Below, one piece after another: positions 50,425-59,694 of a stretch of 64,000 bases of DNA. Origin of the DNA: a virus; IMG/VR virus record IMGVR_UViG_3300030037_000006, positions 26,762-90,761 of that record; one strand, given 5' to 3'. Within the stretch, counting starts at the first letter, position 1, and every line of letters starts with the position of its first letter. Below the pieces are notes generated by a model. It worked only from the letters and a program-made list of their open reading frames with translations, ran no database searches and was not told the DNA's origin. A program made the position numbers and the translations under genes.

Positions 50425-51023
50425 GTAACCATAGCGAAGCATTAGAATTTCTAACACAAAGTCAAGCCGTGTTAAACACACTGGTTGTAGATAGCTATAC
50501 AGGAGAAGTGATTCAATTCATCCCAGGTAAAACAATATTGCATGATACGGAACCGCATGTAGATGCAAAATATTGTACAGGTGACATTGATACTTTAAAC
50601 AGTAATGAAATTATAGGATGGAAACATGCAATCGACGCAAGTGTTCATCCCGCTGCTACTATTCTTGATACTAAGCATAAAGCTAATAGGAGACGCAAGC
50701 ATCTTAAAAAGTTTATGCAATCTGATATGTTAGTGACAACTAGTGTCGGTACTTTCGATTTCACTGAAACCAGCAAATCAGACTTTGGTATAAAGGTAGG
50801 ATCATTTATGAGTACAGAAGATACTATACCATGGTATGATAACGATAACATATTACATATACTTACATATAACCAAGCTTTAGAAATAGTAGCATCAGTT
50901 ACTGCTTATAGATATGCTGTAAAATTTGCTTCAGAAGCAGATAGAACAAATATACTAGATGATGATGATTTCTCAATGAGCAATTTAACTTCAATTCAGC
51001 GCCCTTATGTTTATACTCCATAG
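50421..51023 (+). CDS. DUF4376-like tail fibre assembly protein
   Basis: GTFDFTETSKSD...IPWYDNDNILHILTYNQALEI. Confidence 0.55.
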   Translation: MSNHSEALEFLTQSQAVLNTLVVDSYTGEVIQFIPGKTILHDTEPHVDAKYCTGDIDTLNSNEIIGWKHAIDASVHPAATILDTKHKANRRRKHLKKFMQSDMLVTTSVGTFDFTETSKSDFGIKVGSFMSTEDTIPWYDNDNILHILTYNQALEIVASVTAYRYAVKFASEADRTNILDDDDFSMSNLTSIQRPYVYTP

Positions 51024-51045
51024 TGCTTAAATAAAATAAAATATA

Positions 51046-51101
51046 AAAGATCTATTAATTAGGTCTTTTGTGTTGTACATATCTTTTTGTTGTATTATAA
51101 T
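51046..51101 (+). promoter_or_regulatory. Terminator plus early promoter TTGTAC-N17-TATAAT
   Basis: aaaagatct-attaatt-aggtctttt; -35 at 51073-51078, -10 at 51096-51101. Confidence 0.7.
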
Positions 51102-51127
51102 AAGTAAAGCTTAATACAGGAGAAATC

Positions 51128-52096
51128 ATGAGCAAATATAAAACTACAGACAAGCGCACTGACATTAGTGACATGAAGTATGAAATTCGTAGCATTAAAC
51201 GAATAGGCAATACTAAAATAAGAATAACTACTAAGACATATATTAGACAGAACACGGTAGAAGATTTTAAACTTATTAAAGTAGAGTCGCTTAACCGCAG
51301 AACTAACGCAACTTTAGTAATTAATTACTCGTATGCACTTGATGCTATCAACGTTATCGATTATAGTTTTAAAACTCTGTATACACGAGATAATCATACA
51401 GTAGAGACTGATACTACATTATTCAAACCCGGGTTTAGAACAAAACGTACTTCAATATTTAAGCCTAAAGACGGTGATACTCATGCTCAGCAATCGCGAT
51501 CTACTACTGTTTATGGATTATCCAATGAGGTAGATTCACTGAAATTTTATGCAATTTCAGTATCAGATACTTGCGTAGAATGTATAAAGTTTCTTGAAGA
51601 TGACACTAAAGTTAAATACTACTACTATTATGATTCATCTGCATCTCAGCCAATTATTCTTGGTGCAGCTAAACTTGATGAAGCTAATAAAGTAGCTAAT
51701 ATTTCAGGTACAGTAATAGATTTTAAAAATCTTAAAGCGAAAGCTAAACCTGGCTCAACCGCGAGTTTCGAAAAATCAAACCTACTTAAAATTGATAAGA
51801 CATATATTATAAGTAAGTATCCATTTAAAGACATGGACTTTCATACTACTACTTCAGCTATTATAAAATATTTAATCTCTTCAAGTCATTATGACGCTGG
51901 TAATACATTCCATAATATTGAATTCCTGGAAGATGCTCCTCTTAAACCACTTGAAGTATTAAAATTAATGAGATCTGCTTCGCTTAATTCTGAAGATGCA
52001 GCTGAACAATTATTAGCAGAGCGAGATTTTAAAATTAAGTACGGCGTTTATGAATCATATTCCAGTGAAGATGAAAGAGTCTGGCGACTTTCTTAA
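51128..52096 (+). CDS. Hypothetical early protein
   Basis: 322 aa, RBS AGGAG. Confidence 0.7.
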   Translation: MSKYKTTDKRTDISDMKYEIRSIKRIGNTKIRITTKTYIRQNTVEDFKLIKVESLNRRTNATLVINYSYALDAINVIDYSFKTLYTRDNHTVETDTTLFKPGFRTKRTSIFKPKDGDTHAQQSRSTTVYGLSNEVDSLKFYAISVSDTCVECIKFLEDDTKVKYYYYYDSSASQPIILGAAKLDEANKVANISGTVIDFKNLKAKAKPGSTASFEKSNLLKIDKTYIISKYPFKDMDFHTTTSAIIKYLISSSHYDAGNTFHNIEFLEDAPLKPLEVLKLMRSASLNSEDAAEQLLAERDFKIKYGVYESYSSEDERVWRLS

Positions 52097-52173
52097 CATT
52101 TAGTTACAATAGTGATTGTACAATTTCCTTTAAAGGGTTATATTAGACTTAACTTAATAAAGGAAATTGTTAT

Positions 52174-52671
52174 ATGATCAGATTATTTGTTTTAGTTTTT
52201 CTCCTCCTCCCATTCATTGATAAAGCGTTTGGACAAAGTGAACTTGTAGCTGATATCATTTATTCAGAAGCAGGACCAACATGCTCATCAGAAGAGCGAA
52301 TGTTAGTAGCATCAGTTATTTACAATCGATCAAGATGGAGAGATAGATATGCTTTCTATGATCTTCGAACTATGGAAGGCGTAGTATCACATTTTGGTGC
52401 GTTTGAATCTTACGGAGATCATAGAAATTCAAATTGGACCTTTTGTAAGAAATACGTTTTAGAGTCTAAACTAAAACAAAATAAAGCATATCGAGAATCT
52501 TACAGGCTTTCTGTCATAGGTTACCTTCAAATAACTAACAAACGAAACAAGGAAGTAACTCATTTTGTAACTAAAGGTCACACCACCAAAGGTTTAGTAT
52601 CAATCAACTATAAATTAGTATTAGTTAAGCATACAAAGAATTTATCTTTCTATACAATATTAGATAAATAA
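52174..52671 (+). CDS. SleB-like cell wall hydrolase with N-terminal signal
   Basis: IIYSEAG...VASVIYNR...VV...AFES; promoter TTGTAC-N17-TATATT at 52116. Confidence 0.75.
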   Translation: MIRLFVLVFLLLPFIDKAFGQSELVADIIYSEAGPTCSSEERMLVASVIYNRSRWRDRYAFYDLRTMEGVVSHFGAFESYGDHRNSNWTFCKKYVLESKLKQNKAYRESYRLSVIGYLQITNKRNKEVTHFVTKGHTTKGLVSINYKLVLVKHTKNLSFYTILDK

Positions 52672-52696
52672 GATAAACAAACTTTAGGAACTAACT

Positions 52697-53389
52697 ATGT
52701 CAAAATTTATGAAGTTGTATGAGTCAACTAAAAAAACACTTAAAGAATCAACAGAAGAAGCTTCAAACTTTTTTAGCTATCTTGAACAATTTCAAACTGC
52801 TTTCGATGAAGAATCAACTAAACGAATAAATATAGAGCTTAAATCTGAACTAGGTAATACTACAGAAGAACAGCTAGTTTCTATGATTCAGAATTCGCCT
52901 ATAGCATTACATGATTTTAATGTAAGCCAGTATGGTGAAGAGTATGAACAGAATGGCGAGAGCGTTTCAGCAGAAGAAATCGCAAATGATACGTTTATCT
53001 CATTTAAAGAAGAAGGCTTACTTAAAGAAGAAACTGAACAAATTTATATTTGGGTTCAACATGATAAGAAAGGTGAATTCGAACCTCACATGTCATTTGA
53101 TAAAACTAAAGAAGGTAAAGAAGAAGCTGCATTTGAAATTCAAGATCTTAAAGATGGCGGCCATGAAGCCAAGAAAGGCGATGCTTTTCCAATTAAAGAA
53201 AGCACTCGAGTAATCAAAGAAGACTCAAGCGGATCTGCTATTGTAGGCATAGTTAAGTCTATTAACTCAAACAGCGGCACAAACAAAGTAACTGCTGAAC
53301 TTTCAGATGACCTTAATAAGATCACTCTGTCAGATGATTTCGAATCGTTTACTTTCTCAAAAGCTGGTGATATTAGTCATCTTAGCTAG
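52697..53389 (+). CDS. Late protein, probable internal head protein
   Basis: GATAAATA 52663-52670; MSKFMKLYES...LKES; further LKEE/IKES/IKED sites. Confidence 0.55.
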   Translation: MSKFMKLYESTKKTLKESTEEASNFFSYLEQFQTAFDEESTKRINIELKSELGNTTEEQLVSMIQNSPIALHDFNVSQYGEEYEQNGESVSAEEIANDTFISFKEEGLLKEETEQIYIWVQHDKKGEFEPHMSFDKTKEGKEEAAFEIQDLKDGGHEAKKGDAFPIKESTRVIKEDSSGSAIVGIVKSINSNSGTNKVTAELSDDLNKITLSDDFESFTFSKAGDISHLS

Positions 53390-53479
53390 TATACTAAAAA
53401 ATAAAAGGTCTATTAATTTAGGCCTTTTGTGTTGTATGTATCATATGTTTGTTTATTAGATAAATAATGTAAATTAAAC

Positions 53480-54865
53480 ATGGAACGCACTTACATGGAA
53501 AACAACGAAATTCATATCAAAGATTTATTCAATGAAGGATTCAAAGAATATTCTACCTACAACACATTTAGATCTATACCCTCAGTAATTGATGGATTAA
53601 AAAATGGACAACGTAAGTGTGTCTATGGAGTATCAGTTCTAGCAAATACAGATAAGACCGTTAAGGTTGCATCGCTTGCAGGATCTATTAGTTCAATGAC
53701 TGAGTATCACCACGGTGAAACTAGTTTGGCTGATACGATCGTAGGACTTGCTCAAGGATTTACAGGTTCAAATAACATTAACATATTTTATCCTGATGGT
53801 CAGTTCGGTAATATTCTGAATCCAAAAGGAGCAGCTGCTCATAGATATATTTTTACTAGACAATCATCTGCATATCCATACATCTTTCGTAAAGAAGATA
53901 GCAAAATTCTTGACTATCAAATGGAAGAAGGTAAGAAGATTGAGCCAGTTAATTTTTATCCAATCATTCCTTTATGTTTAGTAAATGGATCAAAGGGTAT
54001 TGGTACTGGCTATGCTACAAACATTCTTAACTATGATCCAGTAGAAATCATTAACGAATTAGTAGGATTCTTAACAGGCAAAAAGAAAAAGATCAAAGAC
54101 AAATGGATACCTCATTATCACGGATTCAAAGGCTCAATTGCAAGAGATCCTGAATCTCCAAGCAGAGTAATTTTCAAAGGTGTCATGAAGGTCACTAACA
54201 CTACTACGATAGAGATTACATGTTTGCCGTTAGGTATATCATTAATTAAATACAAAGAGCATCTAAACAAACTAGAAGATGCTGGTTTTATTAAAGAGTA
54301 CAGTGATTTTTCTAATGAAGAAAGTTTTAAATTTATTGTTAAAGTTCCACGTTCAACTACTAATCTTTCAGAAGAGGCTTTGTTTAAGAAGTTTAAACTT
54401 GAATCTAAAGATAGTGAGAACCTAAATTTATGGAAAGGTGAACACCTCAAATGTTACGATACTGTAAGAGAAATCATGGAAGACTTCGTAGAAATCCGCT
54501 CATCAGCATATGAAGCAAGAAGATCTTTTCAATTAGATGAAATAAAATCACAGATTGATTCGCTAAGTGAGAAAATGAAGTTTATTAAATGGTACTTGAA
54601 GAATTCTTTACAATTCACCAAGTTAAAGAAAGATCAACTTATAAAGAAACTAGAAGATGAGGGTTTTAATGAAATTGACAAATTGATTCGAATGCAGTTC
54701 TTTGATATTACTAGAGAGCAACTGATCAAACTTAAAGAACAGATTGTATCTAAGAAAGAATATCTCAAAGAACTTAAAGCTACAACTGCAAGCGAGCTTT
54801 GGATCTCAGATCTTAAAGACCTCAAAACATTTCTTACTAAAAAATTCTATAAAGAAGCGGAATAA
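53480..54865 (+). CDS. gp52: Type II topoisomerase subunit (GyrA/ParC-like)
   Basis: RSIPSVIDGLKNGQRK, YHHGETSL, GQFG, AAHRYIF, LVNGSKGIGTGYAT. Confidence 0.95.
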   Translation: MERTYMENNEIHIKDLFNEGFKEYSTYNTFRSIPSVIDGLKNGQRKCVYGVSVLANTDKTVKVASLAGSISSMTEYHHGETSLADTIVGLAQGFTGSNNINIFYPDGQFGNILNPKGAAAHRYIFTRQSSAYPYIFRKEDSKILDYQMEEGKKIEPVNFYPIIPLCLVNGSKGIGTGYATNILNYDPVEIINELVGFLTGKKKKIKDKWIPHYHGFKGSIARDPESPSRVIFKGVMKVTNTTTIEITCLPLGISLIKYKEHLNKLEDAGFIKEYSDFSNEESFKFIVKVPRSTTNLSEEALFKKFKLESKDSENLNLWKGEHLKCYDTVREIMEDFVEIRSSAYEARRSFQLDEIKSQIDSLSEKMKFIKWYLKNSLQFTKLKKDQLIKKLEDEGFNEIDKLIRMQFFDITREQLIKLKEQIVSKKEYLKELKATTASELWISDLKDLKTFLTKKFYKEAE

Positions 54866-54867
54866 CA

Positions 54868-55416
54868 ATGACATATACCCATCAACCAGTTGAATCGATT
54901 ATCTCTAAACTTAAAGATTTACCAGCCATTCGAATAGTTGAACATGACTTATATGCACATGCATATAAACTGTTTGTCAATACTGACAAAGAAATTAAAC
55001 ACGATTGTGATACTATCGAAGAACTCCTGGATTTAGTAAGTGATTACTTAGGATTGAACTTCGATATTTCAACACAATATGATGATGAAAATGAAGAGTT
55101 AGATGGGTATAAATATTCTGACACAAACGAATTAGGCGTAACTTACCGGGTGTATAAAGGAGCGAAACTCGATGCAATTCCTTATGCAAAATATACTGAA
55201 GGTCCAATGACAACTGATCGTGATTTTTATATGTACACTCAATCAAATTGGCCCGGTGATGTAGAGTCTCTTTATATAGCAATGCTACATAGCTTTGGAT
55301 ATTCAGTAGACATTAAAACTACTACATACGTATACAACGAAGATATGATTTTAGCCAATGGCTTCTTCGATATTAAGGATGAAGTTGATTCTGGAATAGT
55401 AGGTCTCAGCTATTAG
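54868..55416 (+). CDS. Hypothetical protein
   Basis: 182 aa. Confidence 0.65.
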   Translation: MTYTHQPVESIISKLKDLPAIRIVEHDLYAHAYKLFVNTDKEIKHDCDTIEELLDLVSDYLGLNFDISTQYDDENEELDGYKYSDTNELGVTYRVYKGAKLDAIPYAKYTEGPMTTDRDFYMYTQSNWPGDVESLYIAMLHSFGYSVDIKTTTYVYNEDMILANGFFDIKDEVDSGIVGLSY

Positions 55417-55467
55417 AGTTTCAAATGGATAAATAGTTTAAATAAAATAAATTCGAATTTTTAAACT

Positions 55468-56712
55468 ATGCCAATTACATCATTACGATACCAGAGAAAT
55501 GAAAACTTGGCTCCTCAACGTGAGATCATGAGAGGTTATTTCAGAGAAATAATTCATTCACATGGAGAGGAAGCCTTGTATCTCAAACGAGATATCAGAT
55601 TCTTTGATGAAGCTTTAAGAGACAAAGCAAATTTAGTTTATGGAGAAGATCCTACTTCTAAATATTCATTAGCAAAGCCGATGCTAGTTTACATAGAGCA
55701 ATCTCAAGATAATATGTTCTTATCGCATTTCGGTTTCGAAACTGATGGATCATCTACTGGCTACATTATGATAGATGACTTCTATGATAACTTTAAAAAT
55801 GATGTAGGCGTCCCCTCTCAATTTACATTTGATACTGGCGTAGATGTTCTTTTAGATACAAACATTGACAGAAGAGATGGAACTGTTATTGTAAATGGTA
55901 TCTCTTCCACGATTCTATCAGGATTAGTAGTAGAAGGTGAGTATCTTGCAGGCTTCAATTTAAAAGGAGACCGAGATTTAGAAGGTACTATTACATTCAG
56001 TGGAAACTCAATGACTGACCTTGTAAATGAAAGAATTCTTTCCAAACTTATAAGAGTACATAACCCTTACATTAAGTCTCCTCTATTTAGAAATGACGAT
56101 GCCACATTCAATGATGAATTCGCTGATTTTGGAGCTTTAGTTGGAGTAATTAATTCAACAGTTGATATAGACGGAAATGGTACTTTCACTGTAGAAATAG
56201 ATTACATTGAATCATTCACTTACTGGAAGAATGTAATGGAAGGAACTGCTAATAGATGGGAAGTTGCTCCTGTTATTGGAGACATTATAAGACTTGCTTA
56301 TTACGAAGGCCATGATAATGAAGCTACTTTTGAGGGTAAGAACAATGAAGAATACGAAATAACAAAAGTAACAGACAACGATAAAACTACAGGCGGATTA
56401 AATCCTCTATTAGATACTTATGTTTGGAAGTGTAGTTTAGTGAGAAGAGATCCATCTCATGAAGAAGTGACTGCAACCGGTCAACAGTTAGAACCTTACA
56501 CTCCGTTGAATGAAGTACAGAACATATTTGCTGAAGCTGCTGCTGATAACGAACTTGACTATGAGACAGAAGTTATAGATGAACATGATGGAGTTAATTC
56601 AGATGATATCTATGGTGGCTACGAAATGGACGAAGATACTGTTACAGCTATTAATACTATTACGAATGATGATCCAGATGATGATGAAAATAATATCTAC
56701 GGAGGTTTCTAA
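55468..56712 (+). CDS. gp14: Neck protein (gp14-like) with central insertion
   Basis: EIIHSHGEEALYLKR, VYGEDPTSKY, FLSHFGFE, PVIGDII, YEITKV, YVWK; late promoter 55428-55435. Confidence 0.8.
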   Translation: MPITSLRYQRNENLAPQREIMRGYFREIIHSHGEEALYLKRDIRFFDEALRDKANLVYGEDPTSKYSLAKPMLVYIEQSQDNMFLSHFGFETDGSSTGYIMIDDFYDNFKNDVGVPSQFTFDTGVDVLLDTNIDRRDGTVIVNGISSTILSGLVVEGEYLAGFNLKGDRDLEGTITFSGNSMTDLVNERILSKLIRVHNPYIKSPLFRNDDATFNDEFADFGALVGVINSTVDIDGNGTFTVEIDYIESFTYWKNVMEGTANRWEVAPVIGDIIRLAYYEGHDNEATFEGKNNEEYEITKVTDNDKTTGGLNPLLDTYVWKCSLVRRDPSHEEVTATGQQLEPYTPLNEVQNIFAEAAADNELDYETEVIDEHDGVNSDDIYGGYEMDEDTVTAINTITNDDPDDDENNIYGGF

Positions 56713-57329
56713 TGGGGTGTATTAAACAATATTTAAGCTCCGCCGGAGAAGTTAAGTTACAATACTCTTCTAACGCTTCTACTATGAGTAAATTTAGAAT
56801 AGATGATATGGGTGTTTGGACAATCGTACATGATAATCAAGGCAACTTGTTTATTCACTTAGAGAATGAAGATTATAATCCTGTTTTGCAGGATATAACT
56901 ATGCCTTTCTGTGACATTTCTGATTTCTCTCTATGCTATCCTAATAACATGTTTAAACTTGTCAGAGAAGCTTCTAACTCTAGAATATTTGATAAGTTAA
57001 ATCTTTCAACAGGTGATGGTAATTTTGAAGTAGGATATCCTACTCATAGATTTACTTATTTAGATGCAACAGTTCCTGTAGATGTGTTTATTGATGTTAC
57101 TGTAGTAGATGCATTTAACTCAGATGGATTTTTAATATGCTTTAAAATACTTGATAGACAAGCAGAGATTGCTAAAATTCATGAACAGCAGTGCATAGAT
57201 CAGAGAAAACATTGTGGAGTAATTCCTGCAGTTAACTGTCCTACACCTGCAACAGTAGTACTAACTAACATTCAAGCTCAAGGTATTGATGACGGAACTA
57301 TAATATTCAAATATAGGAAAGTTCCATGA
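56712..57329 (+). CDS. Hypothetical (probably structural) protein
   Basis: Coupled to gp14. Confidence 0.6.
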   Translation: MGCIKQYLSSAGEVKLQYSSNASTMSKFRIDDMGVWTIVHDNQGNLFIHLENEDYNPVLQDITMPFCDISDFSLCYPNNMFKLVREASNSRIFDKLNLSTGDGNFEVGYPTHRFTYLDATVPVDVFIDVTVVDAFNSDGFLICFKILDRQAEIAKIHEQQCIDQRKHCGVIPAVNCPTPATVVLTNIQAQGIDDGTIIFKYRKVP

Positions 57330-57790
57330 TAGTTTTAAATGAAAGGAGTCTACTGAAATTGTATACTTCAGTAACAACCAACGTGACTATACATGATTGG
57401 CTGTTGCTTAATAAGTTTAGTGATGGTCCTACTGATGCTGAAGTTAAATCGGTAGAGGCTCAACTTAATAAACTTATTGCTAAATTTAAACTTCCTATAG
57501 TTGATATCAATACCGTGAATGCTGGAGATGTTGAAGTAGTAGAACCTACTATAATAAAGAAAGCAGCGTCAGTAACATCAGCATTAGCAAAAGAAGCTTT
57601 AAGCATTATAACAAAGAAGAAAAAAGATAGAATAGTAACACAACAAAGAGCTACGGAAAAATTAAATTTCTGTAAGACTAATGTATGTGGAAAGTATAAT
57701 TCATCCAAAGAGACTTGTTCTTCTTGTGGATGCTATGTAAAATTTAAAACGCGACTCAAATCAGCTAGTTGCCCTCATGGATATTGGTAA
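57326..57790 (+). CDS. Protein with C-terminal Cys cluster (DUF6171-like)
   Basis: C..C...CSSCGCYVKFKTRLKSASCPHGYW. Confidence 0.65.
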   Translation: MIVLNERSLLKLYTSVTTNVTIHDWLLLNKFSDGPTDAEVKSVEAQLNKLIAKFKLPIVDINTVNAGDVEVVEPTIIKKAASVTSALAKEALSIITKKKKDRIVTQQRATEKLNFCKTNVCGKYNSSKETCSSCGCYVKFKTRLKSASCPHGYW

Positions 57791-57964
57791 ATGGAAACAA
57801 ATATAAATAACGATAACTCAGTTTTATCTGAGTATGAATATAGCACTCACTTCCTAGGGACTTTAATAGAACTAGACGGAGAAGCATATGAACTTGTTGG
57901 ATTCGGAACAGTAGGATATGATACTATCGAAGCTTCTAACTTAACAGTAACAGACATATCATAA
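57791..57964 (+). CDS. Small hypothetical protein (57 aa)
   Basis: METNINNDNSVLSEYEYSTHFLGTLIELDGEAYELVG..., fills the gap; below track cutoff. Confidence 0.5.
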   Translation: METNINNDNSVLSEYEYSTHFLGTLIELDGEAYELVGFGTVGYDTIEASNLTVTDIS

Positions 57965-57972
57965 GGTAGAAT

Positions 57973-59628
57973 ATGAGCGACAGAATATTTCAATGTGCTA
58001 GATGTGATAAGAGATCTAAGAATATTTTTATTATCGATACAACTGATAATATCAACATATTAGATTCAATCAAATACGAGGATAGCGTTTACTCAGTAAT
58101 TCATTTACTTGACAATACAGGCTATGATTACTTTATTGACATGTTCAATGAAGGCGATGATGTATTTGACCCGAATGATATGTCTATGAGTTTAAACACT
58201 TATGAAACTACAACTGATTATTGCGTACCGGTTACCATAGCGGAGTTAGGTACCTACTTATGTGATCCTATTAATAACTTTATATTCAGAAACAGAGCAG
58301 AATATAACGCTATTATAGATGCAGAAGAATCAAACAGATTATTCCTGGAACAATATGTTAGATCAAACACTAACAGGTTCTATGAAGACTTTCAAACAGG
58401 CGTTAGTAATTTAAGTGATAGTGATAATGAAGATGCATCCTTTTATAAGGGTGTATTAGGCTATGAAGATGTAAGAAAGATTCCAGTAGAAACTCTACCT
58501 GGTGGAGATCTATATGATGATTTGTCTACTATCTGGGCCTTTCAGATTCCTCAATCAGAATTAGATGATGATGTAATTAATGATAACGTAATATTTGGTA
58601 GAACAGGTATTTTATCTACTTCAGTTTTAGATGGTGACATTATAGACATCAATTCAATTATCAATACTAAAATATTTAATGTAGAAGATACTAATTTAAA
58701 CTATCACTACGATCCAAGTAAAACTATATTCAATGAAGTGTATGGACCTGAAGGTACGTATGCTAATATGACTCCTTGTGGTAGTGGTGAACATGTGTTC
58801 ATGATTAAAACTGATGTGTCACCAAGATGTGGTAGTTCATGGAACAGTGATGATCTTAAGATTAAAACTGTAAATGATAATGGCATTGCTCATTATGATA
58901 CTGACACTTTAGCTAATACATCTTCAATTAATTTAGATCTATTATCAAGTGATGAAGTATCTCCTGAATACGAAGCTGGTAGTTATATTATGAAAGATGT
59001 AAAGCCATACACTCTTCAGAAACTTGATAGTGATTATCTAACATCACTTCCAATTGGTACAGCAGATTATCTGTATGATTGTGAAAGAGCTCTCTTCGGT
59101 GATTCGATATCATTACAGAACCATCTTAATGAAGATTATGACGTTGATTCTTCTGTTATTAAAACTGAAGATGTTAACGAGTTAGATCTTACTATTACGG
59201 CTGCATTAAATAGATTCCGTGATTATAAAAGGATTGGATCAGGAACTGAACTCCTTTGGATCTCATATACTACAGAGAATGTAGAGTTAAGTGGAGAATT
59301 TGAAACTACTGAAGCTTCAATTGATAACATAACTCAACCTATTCTTTTAGATTCATCTGTTGCTAACACTGCTGATTTGTTCTATAACTTTGAACAAGTT
59401 GAAATCATTGCTGGTATGAGTAGAGGATCTAAACCTACTTCAAGAAAGTATCATAAATCTAATATCTTTTCAATTAAGATTAAAGATTCCGGACTCAATG
59501 AAAATATATCAGATCCATTTATGAGAGATGAATTTCAGAAAGGAGTTGAAGTTGTTATAAGAGAATCTATTACTACATTAGTTCCATCACATACTCAGCT
59601 TTGGAAGATTATCTGGAGTGGTGAATAA
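57973..59628 (+). CDS. Large acidic structural protein (baseplate-associated?)
   Basis: C-terminal HKSNIFSIKI...IRESITTLVPSHTQLWKIIW resembles baseplate wedge ends. Confidence 0.55.
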   Translation: MSDRIFQCARCDKRSKNIFIIDTTDNINILDSIKYEDSVYSVIHLLDNTGYDYFIDMFNEGDDVFDPNDMSMSLNTYETTTDYCVPVTIAELGTYLCDPINNFIFRNRAEYNAIIDAEESNRLFLEQYVRSNTNRFYEDFQTGVSNLSDSDNEDASFYKGVLGYEDVRKIPVETLPGGDLYDDLSTIWAFQIPQSELDDDVINDNVIFGRTGILSTSVLDGDIIDINSIINTKIFNVEDTNLNYHYDPSKTIFNEVYGPEGTYANMTPCGSGEHVFMIKTDVSPRCGSSWNSDDLKIKTVNDNGIAHYDTDTLANTSSINLDLLSSDEVSPEYEAGSYIMKDVKPYTLQKLDSDYLTSLPIGTADYLYDCERALFGDSISLQNHLNEDYDVDSSVIKTEDVNELDLTITAALNRFRDYKRIGSGTELLWISYTTENVELSGEFETTEASIDNITQPILLDSSVANTADLFYNFEQVEIIAGMSRGSKPTSRKYHKSNIFSIKIKDSGLNENISDPFMRDEFQKGVEVVIRESITTLVPSHTQLWKIIWSGE

Positions 59629-59694
59629 CTTAAGCTTACTGTTAACCTTATAGATAAATAGAATAAATAAAATAAACTTTTTAAGGTTAACTGT

